DNA of 61,289 nucleotides, taken from the NCBI RefSeq assembly GCF_006345805.1, contig NW_021832545.1, positions 1-61,289 on the forward strand, in the 5' to 3' direction. A program made the position numbers and the translations under genes. The notes below the pieces were generated by a model. The model did no database searches. It saw only the letters and a list, made by a program, of their open reading frames with translations, and was not told where the DNA came from. This stretch comes from Octopus sinensis. Lineage: Eukaryota. Shown here piece by piece: positions 14,514-25,955 of this stretch (positions are counted from its first letter, which is position 1; every line of letters begins with the position of its first letter).

Positions 14514-14585
14514 ATGTGTGTGTGTGGTGTGTGTGTGTGTGTGTGTGTGTATGTCTTCCCTTCTCTGGATCTTTCCTTCTCCTAT

Positions 14586-14620
14586 GTTTCCGACAAAGAG
14601 CTCCGCTCGAAACGTTAAAC
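14586..14620 (+). ncRNA. minimal hammerhead-like motif, core mutated (CCGACAA)
   Basis: GUUU-CCGACAA-A-GAGC(ucc)GCUC-GAAAC-GUU-AAAC; lies in a diverged direct repeat (~14550-14722) of ~14255-14430. Confidence 0.6.
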
Positions 14621-14726
14621 CCTCCTTCTTTCCTTCTTTCCTGAGCGTCCAATAATACTATATTTGTTCCACGTCCTCGCGTTGTTGTGTTTTTTTGTGC
14701 TTTCTTGTTTGGATTAACTATATATC

Positions 14727-15590
14727 TCTCTATATATAAAACTGAGAATGTGTGTCTGTCTGTCTGTCTGTGTGTTTCCCTAAAACTTGAGAACTACACA
14801 ACCAATTTCATTCAAATTTTACACATGCTTTACTTAGGGTCCATGTAGTTTCATGGGCAAAAAAAATGTTCAACTTCTTGCCTAGAGCGAGCCCATAGCA
14901 ATATCATATCTTCTCCACTATTTCAGTATTACGTGTTAAAAGTGAAACAAAAACGTTTCTCTATTTTATATCAGATACTTTCACTTTAACAATAAAAATA
15001 ATAATAACAATTGAATTATATGTAGTAAGTAATAATTAAAATCAAACTAAAGTATAATATAACCGTAACATAACAAAAGTAAAAATAGCAATTGGTATAA
15101 AATTGCATCAATGATTTGAACTTGAATAAGTGGTTTCACATGAATGGGAATAAATTAAAAATAAAATTAGCGTGCAGAAATGGAATAGTCCAGATGGATA
15201 ATAAAAAATTAAATTAAAGAAAAGACTATTGTCTATAAAGTATACAATGTAGAGAAAAAAGAAGATTTGAACACATGGAGAAAAGCACCTTCGAAAAGTG
15301 TCTTGGTGCGACTATGAAAGGTATCTAATCAGAGGCGGTAAATTCGCCACAATAGAAGCAAGGTTCGAGTCAACGGAGCGTGCAAGGGAGTACTCGACTC
15401 GAACTTGCAAAGTGGAAATATTTTATTTTTACCTTTATATCTGGGATGTAGGACGTCCTGGATAAAAATTTTAAATGTCCCCCCAGAAGTAGGCTGGATT
15501 GTAGCCACACTTCTATAGAAGAGGGAGGACAAGATACAATTGATCGAATTTACAAGAGACGGGCTAACAATTCCAGTCTGTTATATATTT
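14727..15590 (+). mobile_element. possible non-autonomous Helitron-like element
   Basis: Starts TCTCTATATATAAAACTGAGAATGTGTG-(TCTG)n, like the minus-strand ends at ~21660 and ~56018; no clean 3' CTAG end is seen. Confidence 0.35.
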
Positions 15591-15931
15591 TGAGTATTGT
15601 TATCACTAGTGATATGAAGATATAACTTTGTATTTTGCATTTTATGTGTAGATGTATATATATAGATGTACATGTAATATGTACACATATATATACACAC
15701 ATATATACATGCACTAGCACTATGACCCAGCAACAACGTGTCTTTAATGCTAGTATATATATATATATGTATTTCTATTCAATATTTTGGATTAATGGGT
15801 TGATGTCAGTTAGTTTGTTGAAGTGTTGAGTGGAGCACAGGCACAGTGTCCATTCCCTAACCACACAACAATATAACAACGACAGCCAAAACTCAGGATC
15901 TTTAGTGAGACACAAACCTTTATGTAGGGAT

Positions 15932-16034
15932 GTACCTGATGAGACCCAGACTGCAAAACTGATGCAAAACAAACAGGTTGAACAAAGTCCCATCCACAGC
16001 AGAATGGGTGAAAACGACCATTGTGCCAAATAAA
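15932..16034 (+). ncRNA. degenerate hammerhead-like motif with long stem II insert, followed by AATAAA
   Basis: GUAC-CUGAUGA-gACCCA...~60 nt...UGGGU-gaaaac-gacc-auu-GUGC-caAATAAA; the second half of the core is damaged. Confidence 0.4.
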
Positions 16035-16754
16035 GATTATCACCAAAGCCATCTTCTCGTAACTTAAGAAATTATGATTATTATATATATTTATATGTAT
16101 ATATGTATGTGTGTGTGTGTGTGTGTACGTATGTATATAGGTATGTATGTATATGTATATGTATGTACATAAATAAAGACACACATATTTGTGTATATAA
16201 TGGTATTGAGTACTTTTTTGTTTTGCATTTTGCATTTTTGTGTGGTCTTACGACTCAACCCCCACCCGTGTGTGTGTGTGTGTATTATAATCTAGATTTG
16301 TATAAAATACATACTGACACACACCAGAGATACACATTCAAGCCTAGCCTAGCATCACCACCACCTCCACCACCACCACCAGAAGAAGAAAAAAGAAAGA
16401 GCAAGAGAAGGAGGTGGGGGAGGGGGCAGAGAAGAGATGTGATAACAGAAACGTCTACGATAAAAAGTGCCAGAGGAGTTGAGGGTTTGATGCTGGGAGC
16501 AGGGGTTGGCACAGAAGCAGATAAGTTTGGCATGGGTTGAATAGCTGCACACCTCCACACATGTGTGCATTGAGTGTGTGTGTGTGGGGGGATTTTTGCT
16601 GCTCTTTACAAGATGCAGAAGTGCAAGGAGCCACCTTGCATTTACGTCTGCAGAGATTTATGCACACAATGTCTGCATACACTCATACACAGACATTTGT
16701 TTCTTAGGGTTAAACAAGGAAGAAAGCAGAAATATACACAAATCTTAGGTTTCA

Positions 16755-16799
<45 letters not shown>

Positions 16800-16900
16800 A
16801 GATAGATAGATATAGATATATAGATATATGTATCTATAAATGCATGTGTGTGTGTATGTATATATATATATATATATGAATCTGTATGTATATATATTTA

Positions 16901-17773
16901 TATACTTTATTTAAAAGCAGCAGAAATTCAACAAAACCTGTTACTCGGAGTTTCACGTTCCCGTTTGTCGGACAGTTTTGTTAAAATAGAACCGATATGA
17001 CAATTCTATCAAGACTAGTATAAACGTTTCACCTTTAAAAATGGACTTGTTTGATTGGTCCTTTCAAATAACGGTCATATGCAAGTGATAAACAAAAATG
17101 AGTTCAATATAAAATATAAAATTATAAAATGAAATAAACTAAGTCAAAGGTTCCTAAGGAATATGTCGAAATATAAACAAAATATAAACAAAATATAAAC
17201 AAAATATATGCACAAGACTTTGCTCTGTGGAATGAAACCTGCATAGCGCGAAACAAATCCATCGGTGTGATTAAAGACTAGCCCAAGAATCAAAAATTCA
17301 AAAAGACAAAATATACACTATCCATATGGGATATTTATGTTCGACATTTTTAATTTGGTTGCGTACCTGCATGAGTTCAAAAGTTCGCTTCTTTGATTCA
17401 AAGAATTATTGTCTTTGAATAAAATATAATATTTCTCTAACTTCGGAAAATTCTTTTAAAACACGATTTTATTCACACAAAAATTCATTTCGATACCCAG
17501 AAAATAGGAAGAAGACCAGCCTGGCAAAATATGTCTGGGAACTAAAAGAAAAAGAAGCCCCACCTTTCAACGTGTCATGGAGCATTCTAGATAGAGTGGC
17601 ACCATACAGGCACGGGGCACACAAGAAAAATTTTAAATGCAATCTCTGTTTGTTAGAGAAATATTACATTTTATTCAAAGACAATAATTCTTTGAATCAA
17701 AGAACTCATGCAGGCACGCAACCAAATTCAAAATGTCGAACATAAATATCCCATATGGATAGCGTATATTTTG
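16901..17773. mobile_element. Penelope-like remnant with inverted terminal duplication
   Basis: Plus strand 17440-17705 reads TSENSFKTRFYSHKNSFRYPENRKKTSLAKYVWELKEK...WSILDRVAPY...CNLCLLEKYYILFKDNNSLNQR (GIY-YIG C-terminal half). 17307-17441 is the reverse complement of 17652-17773 and continues into 3' UTR, hammerhead-like motif and AATAAA. Confidence 0.85.
16930..16982 (-). ncRNA. hammerhead-like motif at Penelope 3' end, core CCGACAA
   Basis: AACAAAA-CUGU-CCGACAA-ACG(ggaa)CGU-GAAAC-uccga-GUA-ACAG-g-UUUUGUU; 11-bp bulged stem I; AATAAA about 20 nt downstream. Confidence 0.65.
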
Positions 17774-18267
17774 GGAAGCCAGTGACGGGTCGATGCCAGT
17801 GCCACGTGACTGGCTTTGGAAGCCTGTTGCCTTCCGTGTGCCCAAAGTGGCTTGCCCAATGCGTCTGAGTAGATACGATGAGTGTCTGGGTGCTTATGCA
17901 TCCAGCCTATGCAAGGACTTCTGTGTCAGGTGTTTGCCACTTGATGCTGACCCGCTGTGAAACTTTCGGCTGACTGGAATTTAGAAATAGAATAAGGAGT
18001 AGTTACAATATTAAGTGGTACATATGCGGGGGGAAGGCGCGGGATAGATATATAAAATGAGTAAATTTAATTAAATAAAAAAATAAAGTAAAAAAGTAAG
18101 AAAAATAATTAGAAATACTGGTAGGACTAAATTATAACAGTTGATTATAATTTACTATTAATTGATTTTGTATGCATTTTACTAATTATTATAAATAGGC
18201 AGTATACCTGAAACAACCCTGGGTCTGGAACAGTATATATATATATATATATATATATATGTAAGTG

Positions 18268-18303
<36 letters not shown>

Positions 18304-18339
18304 GCTGATGTGGCTGATGATGACAGCACTGCCTGACTG

Positions 18340-18665
18340 GCATCTGAGCTGGTGGAATATTAAGAGCACCATTTGGACGAGGTCATTGCCAGTGCCGCTG
18401 GACTGGCTCCTGTGCAGGTGGCACATAAAAAGTACCATTTGAGCGTGGCCGTTGCCAGTACCGCCTGATTGGCCTTTGTGCCGGTGGCATGTAAAAGCAC
18501 CCACTACACTCTCGGAGTGGTTGGTGTTAGGAAGGACATCCAGCTGTAGAAACTCTGCTAGATCAGATTGGAGCCTGATGCAGCAATCTGGCTTCCCAGA
18601 CCCCGGTCGAACCGTCCAACCCATGCCAGCATGGGAAGTGGATGTTAAATGATGATGATGATGAT
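18340..18665 (+). mobile_element. RTE 3'-UTR copy ending in (GAT)n
   Basis: Reverse-orientation match to 21690-21990; carries 2-3 internal repeat units. Confidence 0.8.
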
Positions 18666-18694
18666 TATGATATATATATATGTATATGTGTATA

Positions 18695-18754
<60 letters not shown>

Positions 18755-18824
18755 ATAAAGGCGGTGCTCCAGCATGGCCACAGTAAAAATGACTGAAACA
18801 AGTAAAAGAGTAAAAGAGTAAAGA

Positions 18825-18868
<44 letters not shown>

Positions 18869-19066
18869 TATATATACACACATATGCATATATATATATA
18901 CACACACACACATACATATACATATCATGGCTGTGTGGAAAAGGCTTGCTTCCCAACCACATGGTTCCAGGTTCAGTCCCACTGCGTTCACCTTGAGTAA
19001 GCGTCTTTTACTATAGGCAGACCAAAGCCTTGTGAGTGGATTTGGTAGACAGAAACTGAAAGAAGC

Positions 19067-19132
<66 letters not shown>

Positions 19133-19358
19133 TATATATATACATATATATATATAGTTTTGTATAGAAAGAAATTGCTCTTTCTAAGGACGTCTTACAC
19201 CACAAGTGTCCACTGGTTTATCTCTATATCGATTAATTTATAGATATTTTCATCTATTTGATATATGAGTACAGAAGTTTTAATCCTATAATATAAAGAA
19301 AATGGACGGTTTGAACACAGCAAAATCCACTTTATTTACATAATAGTCAATTTCATAA

Positions 19359-19449
19359 TGGCTATGCACATTTCATTATCTACTTTCATTCATATTTTAC
19401 AATTAAAAATTGCATTATGAATTTAGAAGGTAAAAATCTCTTCAGGGCA
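19359..19449 (-). ncRNA. hammerhead-like motif, left arm
   Basis: UGCC-CUGAAGA-[longer stem II]-GAAAU-GUGC-AUA-GCCA; stem I has one mismatch. Confidence 0.55.
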
Positions 19450-19513
19450 AAAACTGACAAATTCATTTACATCCTGATAGATATAATGTTAGGTAAATGA
19501 ATATGTCAATTTT

Positions 19514-19580
19514 TGCCCTGATGAGATTTTTACCTTCTAAATTCAAAATATGAATGTAGATATTGAAACGCATGTAGGCA
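19514..19580 (+). ncRNA. type I hammerhead ribozyme candidate with intact core
   Basis: UGCC / CUGAUGA (19518-24) / stem II GAUUUUUAC..GUAGAUAUU with inner AUUCA-UGAAU hairpin / GAAAC (19565-69) / GCAU / GUA (19574-76) / GGCA. Confidence 0.75.
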
Positions 19581-19920
19581 TTATGAAATTGACCGTTTTG
19601 TAAATAAAGTGGGTTTTGCTGTGCTCAAGTGCTCCATTTTTTATATTATACACAGACACACAGACGTGTGTGTCTGTGTGTCTGTATTTGTCCCTCTGTT
19701 ACTGCTTGACAACCGATGTTTGTGTGTTTACATTCCTATAACTTAGCAGTTTGGCAAAAGGAACCAACCAAATAAGTGCAAGGCTTAAATCCTGGGGTCA
19801 ATTTGTGCTGCTTAAAATCCTTCAAGGCGGTGCTCCAGCATGGCCACAGTCAAATCCCTGAAACAAATAAAAGAATAAAAGAATACGTGTATATACTGTA
19901 TATATGCATATATATATATG

Positions 19921-19955
<35 letters not shown>

Positions 19956-20770
19956 CATCAACACACACACACACACACACACACATTGTATATTTAAGCC
20001 AGATGCTCTTTGAAAGGTTCTTCAGACAGTCACATCAAATCCCCATAAAAAAACCCATTTCCCTCATTACACTCACCACCCAGCCACCCGCCCACCCCAC
20101 ATACACATATGCATTCCACCCTCACCCCATCCCAGCACCCTTCTTCATTTCCCCCTACATTTCACTGTGTCAGCCCTTGGCACACAAGAGTCACCTTCCT
20201 CTTCAATAACCTTTGACCCTCGATCCCTGCACCCTCCCCCACCTACCCACCAACCCTATTGCTTTCCTTCCTTCTCACTGTCCTTACTCATCCTGGGGTG
20301 AGGGAAGCGAAGGAGGGTGGGGAGGAAGTGCATAATTAAGGAAAAGGAGGTGGTGGCGGTGGTGGGGATTAAAAAAATCTCTTTCACACTACACCCACCC
20401 TGGACATCCTCTGAGATGGGTGGGGGGGGGAGTGTTGTAGGAATTGTGGGGTGGGGGATGAGGTGGAAGAAAAGAACAAGAGAGAAAGAGAGAAAGAAGA
20501 GAGAGACTTGGCGCGGCTCAGCTGTGTAAAGCCATCTTTCTAGCAAACACACATGCACACGCACACACATGCACACGCACACACACTCACACACACACAG
20601 AGCATCCCCTCATATTCCCTGCTGCTGCACATGTCCCTCCCTCCCTCCCTCCCAACTCCTTGCATTCTTGTCCCACTTTACAGAGAAATTATAATAATTT
20701 GTATAATCCCATAGACATACACACACACACACACACATATATACAAATATGTGAATATTTATATCATATA

Positions 20771-20808
<38 letters not shown>

Positions 20809-20847
20809 CATACATATATATATATCTGTGTATAAATATATACATAT

Positions 20848-21120
20848 ACTAGCAGTATCGGCGTTGCAGTTTGTTTAGACCTTTTAGAATTGGAATTTTT
20901 GAAAAGTAAAAATTTGGCAGTATGTAGCTTGTTATTCTCTTTAAGTGAAATACACCGAAAAATGGCGACACAGCAGTCAAAACATCGTAAAAAATAGGGA
21001 TTTTCATAGAAAAAAAGGCACTTTTTTGATGTAAATAAATTTTGGTGTTAACATGGTCCGATTTGAATTTTTTCTTCTACGGAAGGAAGAGTTAGCCTTC
21101 TTCTATCATACTCTCATATA
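20848..21120 (-). mobile_element. non-autonomous Helitron-like element, 3' part
   Basis: Minus strand ends ...caacgccgatactgCTAG|T (shortened hairpin plus CTAG). The body 21020-21110 matches 55820-55910. A TCTATATATATAAAA-type 5' end lies at ~21660. Confidence 0.55.
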
Positions 21121-21202
21121 TATATATATGTATATATGTATATATATATACATGCATATATATATGATGATATATATATATATATATATATATATATCTA
21201 TA

Positions 21203-21241
<39 letters not shown>

Positions 21242-21689
21242 TAATACGAAAAAACTCTCCAGGCTACATCCCGAAAATTCATTTCTTTGCTGAATTTCTA
21301 CAATGTTTACGGTGATTCATTTTCATATCTTGATTTACGCAATTTACGCATGCTTGCATGCGTGGTGAACACAGTTCACATCAAACAGCTGACTGAGTAA
21401 AGTTCACTATTCAATGCATGGGATGAAGCCTAAACAAACACATTATCGATTATTGCACTTGCGAGATGAATTTCGGAGCAGAAATAGCGCAGTTCAATTT
21501 TCATTCGCCTAAACTTTAAGTGACCCATTTTTGGTGGTTCTACGATTTGTTGGCTAGGAGGAGATGTGCTGGGAAGTCAAACACACAGACACACACACAG
21601 ATACACACACAGAGACACATATTTGTGTATATAATGGTATTGAGTTTTATATATATAGATATATATACATATATATATATATATGTATA

Positions 21690-24600
21690 TATCATCATCA
21701 TCATCATCATCATTTAGCGTCCGTTTTCCATGCTAGCATGGGTTGGACGGTTCTACTGGGGTCTGTGAAGCCAGAAGGCTTCATCAGGCCCAGTCAAATC
21801 TGGCAGTGTTTCTACGGCTGGATGCCCTTCCTAACGCCAACCACTCCGTGAGTGTAGTGGGTGCTTTTTACGTGCCACCCGCACTGGTGCCAGACAGAGC
21901 TGGCAAACGGCCACGAACGGATGGTGCTTTTTATGTGCCACCGGCACGAGGGCCAGGCGAGGCTGGCAACGGACACGAAACGGGGCGGTGCTGGCAACGG
22001 TCGCGAAACGGAAAGTTCTCTTACATGCCACCGGCACTGGTAACACATCTGCAATTTCCATTGATCGATTTCCATTGATCGATTTCGATTCTGATCCTCA
22101 CTTGCCTCAATGGTCTTCACAAGCAGAGTTTCGACATGCCACCGGCACTGGTAGCACATCCGCAATTTCCATTGATCGATTTCGATTCTGATCCTCACTT
22201 GCCTCAACACGTCTTCACAAGTAGAGTTTTGTGTCCCAAGAAGGGAAGGTATGCATACGTAGGCTGGCTCCATCCCATGTAGAAGGCCACGGGTTGTGGA
22301 CTCACTTGTCCTGCCGGGTCTTCTCGCGCACAGCACACTTCCAGAGGTCTCGGTCTCTAGTCATTTCCTCAGTGAGACCTAAAGTTCGAAGGTCGTGCTT
22401 CACCACCTCGTCCCAGGTTTTCCTGGGTCTGCCTCTTCCACAGGTTCCCTCAACCGCTAGGGTGTGGCACTTTTTCACACAACTATCTTCATCCATTCTC
22501 GCCACATGACCATACCAGCGCAAACGTCTCTCTTGCATACCACAACTGATGCTTCTTAGGTCCAGCTTTTCTCTCAAGGTACTTACACTCTGCCGAGTGT
22601 GAGTACCGGCATTACACATCCATCGGAGCATACTGGCTTCATTTCTAGCGAGCTTACGCATATCCTCAGCAGTCACGGCCCATGTTTCACTGCCATGTAG
22701 CATGGCTGTTCGTACACACGCATCATACAGTCTGCCTTTCACTCTGTGCGAGAGGCCTTTTGTCACCAGCAGAGGTAAGAGCTCTCTGAACTTTGCCCAA
22801 GCTATTCTTACTCTAGCAGTTACACTTTCAGCACACCCGCCCCCGCTGCTGACTTGGTCACCTAGGTAACGGAAACTATCAACTATTTCTAGTTTTTCTC
22901 CCTGGAAAGTGACGGAAGTTGGTCTCAGAGCATTTTCAGTGTTTATTGTTCCTGAGCATCTGCCACATACAAAAACCATCTTCCTAGTTAGCCTTCCTTT
23001 GACATTGCTGCATCTCTTATGTGTCCATAGCTTACACTTGGTGCATCTTATAGAGTTTCTACCTACACCTTTTCTACAGATCGAGCAGGGCCATCTACCT
23101 GAAGGTGTTTGTGATTTGTCTACCTTCCTACTGATTACGACTTTGGTTTTAGCTAGATTGACTCTGAGGCCCTTCGATTCTAATCCTTGTTTCCACACCT
23201 GAAACTTCTCCTCCAGTTCTGATAGCGACTCAGCAATTAGAGCAAGGTCATCAGCATAGAGGAGCTCCCAAGGGCATCCTGTCTTGAATTCCTCCGTTAT
23301 TGCCTGGAGGACTAAGATAAATAGGAGGGGGCTGAGTACTGAGCCTTGGTGGACCCCTACCTCTACCCGGAATTCTTCACTGTACTCATTTCCAACCCTC
23401 ACCCTACTAGTGGCGTCCCTATACATGGCCCGCACAGCTCTCACTAACCATTCATCTATCCCTAGTTTTCTCATTGCCCACCAGATAAGGGATCGGGGGA
23501 CCCTGTCGAAGGCTTTCTCCATGTCAACAAAAGGTACAGGGGCTTATCTTTGGCTAGGTATTTCTCCTGCAGCTGCCTTACCAGGAATATAGCATCAGTA
23601 GTACTTTTCCCTGGCACAAACCCAAACTGCATCTCATCTAAACTAACTCTCTCTCTAATTAGTTGGGCTATGACCCTCTCCGTAACCTTCATCACCTGGT
23701 CCAACAGCTTGATACCTCTGTAGTTATTTGTATCTAGGGCATCACCTTTACCTTTGTAGCAGTTGACTATTATACTGCTACACCAGTCATTGGGTATGAC
23801 CCCTTTGTGTATCACCTGATTAACTATACGGGTGACTAGGCTATAGCCGACACTACCAGACATTTTGAGCATCTCTGCAGTGATTCCTGATGGGCCTGGG
23901 GCTTTCCCTGTCTTCATGCTTCTAATTGCCTTAGCTACCACAGAACTATCAACTCGGATAGCTGGTCCCTCTGTTGGTCAACATTCGGCAGACTCTCTTT
24001 ATCCCATTCATTTTCTTCATTCAGCAACCTTTCATAGTGGCATCTCCAAACCTCTCTCTTTGCATCCTCATTTAGCGCAAGTGAACCATCTTCCATGCGA
24101 ACACACTTCTCTCCTACCACATCACGATTCTCTCTCACACACTGTCTTGCAACACGAAACACCTCCAGTCTTTGGTCCTCACGGCGCAGAACATTAGCAA
24201 ATTTTTCTTATCTGCTTCCCCTCTGGCTAAATAAACCTGTCTCCTAGCTTCTCTTTTGGCAGTCTGATACAATTCCCTGCTACCCCCATTTTTCCAGACC
24301 TTCCAAGCCTGTCTCTTTTCTCTAATAGCCCTGTCTACAATATTGTTCCACCACCACGTTATTCTAGGTCGAGAGGGGACTTTGCACCAGCCACAGATCT
24401 GGTCAGTGGCTCTCAGCAGGTTGTCCCTTAGAAACGTCCAGCTATCTTCTACCCCCTGTGATGCTCTATCCCCTTCTACTTCGTCAGAGGCTTCAAGTAA
24501 TATGTCCCTAAATCTCTGTCCATTTGCAGGATCTTTAAGCTTCCAGATCCTTCTTCTCCATATTTGTCGTCTTCTGGTTGTCCTCCTAGTCCTGATCCTA

Positions 24601-25100
24601 AAGTCACTAACTACAAGTCTATGTTGAGGGGTACATTCTTCACCTGGGAAGGTTTTGGCATTTATAAGCAGCCATCTCTCCCTTTGCCTTGTAAGGATGT
24701 AGTCAATTTGGCTGGTATGTTGGCCCGATTGGTAAGTGACTAGGTGGCTGGTAGGTTTCCTGAAGTTAGTGTTGCAAATCATAAGATTATTTGCATCGCA
24801 GAACTCCAGCAGCCTGGTTCCCTCCTCGTTGCGGGAGCCATAGCCATAGCCTCCATGTACGCCATGGAAGCCTCCAGCATGTCGTCCAACATGACCATTG
24901 AAGTCACCAGCCACAAAGATAAGGTCTCTGTCGTTCGTCAATGAGGTAGTCTGCAGTAGAGTGTCATAGAATCGGTCTTTCTGTCCATCGGGTAGCCCCG
25001 ACTGAGGAGCATAGGCTGATATAATGGTTGCTAAACTATGATGAAGCACCAATCTAATCTTAAGTATTCTGTCACTTACTCTGATTACCTCAATTACTTT
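21690..25100 (-). mobile_element. RTE-clade LINE, 5'-truncated within the AP endonuclease, with 3' UTR and (GAT)n tail
   Basis: APE motifs (SAYAPQ, AGDFNGHVG, SQIDYIL, HRLVV), RT motifs (KAPGPSG, NYRGIKLL, QFGFVPGKSTTD, GVHQGSVLSPLLF, LLYADD, FRYLG), RTE-type tail (LRWYGHVARM, GRGRPRKTW); flanked by microsatellites. Confidence 0.97.
22302..25100 (-). pseudogene. RTE APE-RT polyprotein reading frame broken by three frameshifts (~24205, ~23980, ~23535) with no in-frame stops seen
   Basis: ORFs 24135-25184, 23935-24162, 23471-23941 and 22302-23522 join into one collinear protein. Confidence 0.9.
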
Positions 25101-25135
25101 ATACATGTGTGTGTGTGTGTATATGTGCATGTATA

Positions 25136-25183
<48 letters not shown>

Positions 25184-25729
25184 TCTATATAAAATTTGAT
25201 ATAAAATAATATAGAACATACGTGTATGAGTGCATGTGTGTGTGCGTGTGTGTTTGTGTCGAGGTAATACTTGGTTAAAAGGTAAACATGAGCTATATAT
25301 AGGAAGGAAGGAGATAACTCCCTCCACCCCACCCCACCCACGTATCTCTTCCTCCTCTTCTCCCTCCGCTCCAACTAAAATTCCATCACACCACCAGCTC
25401 CACTACCACCACCACCACCACCATCAGAACCAGTACTACCAATGTCTGTCACTCTCTCCTTTGCAACCAATCGTTCCTCCCCAACCCGCTTTAGAGGTGT
25501 TTCCTGATTTATTAGCAGAGAGTAAATGATGAGGAAATGTTGAAATTATGGATTTAGGAAAGGGGGGTGGGAAACCCCACCCACCTACGAAATGTTTGAA
25601 AAAAAAAAACTAGACAAACTGAATGAGGATTCCACATGATTAGAGGAAGGTCAACATTTTAGCAGAGGAGTGGGTGCGTAGGGGGGGGCAGTGTGTTAGA
25701 AAAATTGGTAGAATACTGTATCAAATAGT

Positions 25730-25955
25730 TGGCAGAATCGTTAGCATGCCGGGCGAAATGCTAAGCAGTATTGCGTCTGCCGCTATGTTCTGAGTTCAAA
25801 TTCTGCCAAGGTCGACTTTGCCTTTCATCCTTTTCGGGGTTGATTAAATAAGTACCAGTTATGCACTAGGGTCAATGTAATCGACTTAATCCATTTGTCT
25901 GTCCTTGTTTGTCCCCTCTGTGTTTAGCTCCTTGTGGGTAGTAAAGAAATAGGTA
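25730..25955 (+). mobile_element. tRNA-derived SINE, family A
   Basis: ttggcagaatcgttagcatgccgggcgaaatgc...gagttcaaattctgccaaggtcgactttgcctttcatcc; close to 11701-11935. Confidence 0.85.

Larger units (their letters stand above)
19287..19650. repeat. imperfect ~360-bp palindrome with a hammerhead motif in each arm
   Basis: Left aaatggacggtttgaacacagcaaaatccactttatttaca pairs with right tgtaaataaagtgggttttgctgtgctcaagtgctccattt; inner gaatttagaaggtaaaaatctcttcagggcaaaaa pairs with tttttgccctgatgagatttttaccttctaaattc. Confidence 0.9.
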
